A DNA stretch of 64,000 nt from Eledone cirrhosa. Lineage: Eukaryota. Below, piece after piece: positions 63,341-64,000 of this stretch. Numbering within the stretch: position 1 is the stretch's first letter; the number at the start of each line of letters is the position of its first letter. A model generated the notes under the pieces. The model saw only the letters and a list, made by a program, of their open reading frames with translations, was not told the DNA's origin and made no database searches. The translations under genes and the position numbers were made by a program. Location: contig OZ024743.1 of the NCBI GenBank assembly GCA_964016885.1, positions 212,722,001-212,786,000 on the forward strand, written 5' to 3'.

Positions 63341-63655
63341 AAATAATATTTCATTCTATGAAATGTGTACCGTCTCATAAAAGCAACAACAAAAAGCTAC
63401 CATGATTAGATAAAATAGATTATATGTTATCTGTATTCGAACGTATCAATAGATAAATGGAAATGAAGAAACAGTGACAGCTATGTTTTCAATGGTGACC
63501 ATGGCTACGTGATGGTTTCATTACGCAACCACTCACACGATATCATCAGACACCACCTTGTGTAATAAGGTTACGTTTCCGAGGCAATCTAATCTAAAGA
63601 CAAGGAAACAGACAGAAGTGATGTTTTCATAGCCGAAGTCCGAAGCCATTTTCTT

Positions 63656-63719
63656 ATATATATGTGTGTGTGTACACACACACACGCACACACACGCACA
63701 CACACACACACATACATAT

Positions 63720-63754
<35 letters not shown>
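63656..63754. repeat. Compound (TG)/(CA)n/(GA)n microsatellite
   Basis: Seen directly. Confidence 0.93.
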
Positions 63755-63759
<5 letters not shown>

Positions 63760-63968
63760 ATAACACCGCTAGCAGAAAACGTTGACTGTTGGTCTAAATG
63801 AAAACATTTTAGAACATTCTAAATAAAACTTGCACTAATTTTAAAAGGAGTGCAACGACTTTGTGACAGACAGGTAAAAATGCAGTACAATCAGTATAAT
63901 ATAGATTATTGTTTGTATTATTTTTGTTATTATAATTATTTTTATTATTATTTATTATCATCATCATA

Positions 63969-64000
63969 AAGGCGGTGAATTAGCAGCATCGGTAGAGCGT
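63969..64000 (+). mobile_element. 5' head of a SINE cut by the window edge
   Basis: AAGGCGGTGAATTAGCAGCATCGGTAGAGCGT resembles the head of the copy at 9945-10079. Confidence 0.55.

Overview
Eukaryotic, repeat-dominated genomic DNA. The SINE family resembles the abundant octopus SINE, so a coleoid cephalopod is inferred, not proven. The + strand carries four phase-compatible exons of an ADAMTS-family gene (end of the disintegrin-like region, TSP1 repeat, Cys-rich domain). About 70 bp after the fourth exon begins a ~43 kb array of a 28-bp satellite (consensus GAGACAGTAGAGTGGTCTATAGATGGTT, ~1,300 monomers by length estimate) with kilobase-scale higher-order repeats. Eight pieces of one Tx1/L1-clade non-LTR retrotransposon family are present: one full-length but disrupted copy, six 5'-truncated copies and one internal fragment. 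All seven copies with a 3' end are joined to ATCTAT (six) or ATATAT (one). This points to a sequence-specific retrotransposon whose target occurs in (ATCT)n microsatellites and in nearly every satellite monomer; four pieces sit inside the satellite. The introns also contain tRNA-type SINEs, an RTE fragment, Helitron remnants, a TA-flanked MITE, a Penelope-like fragment and two long spacerless palindromes.
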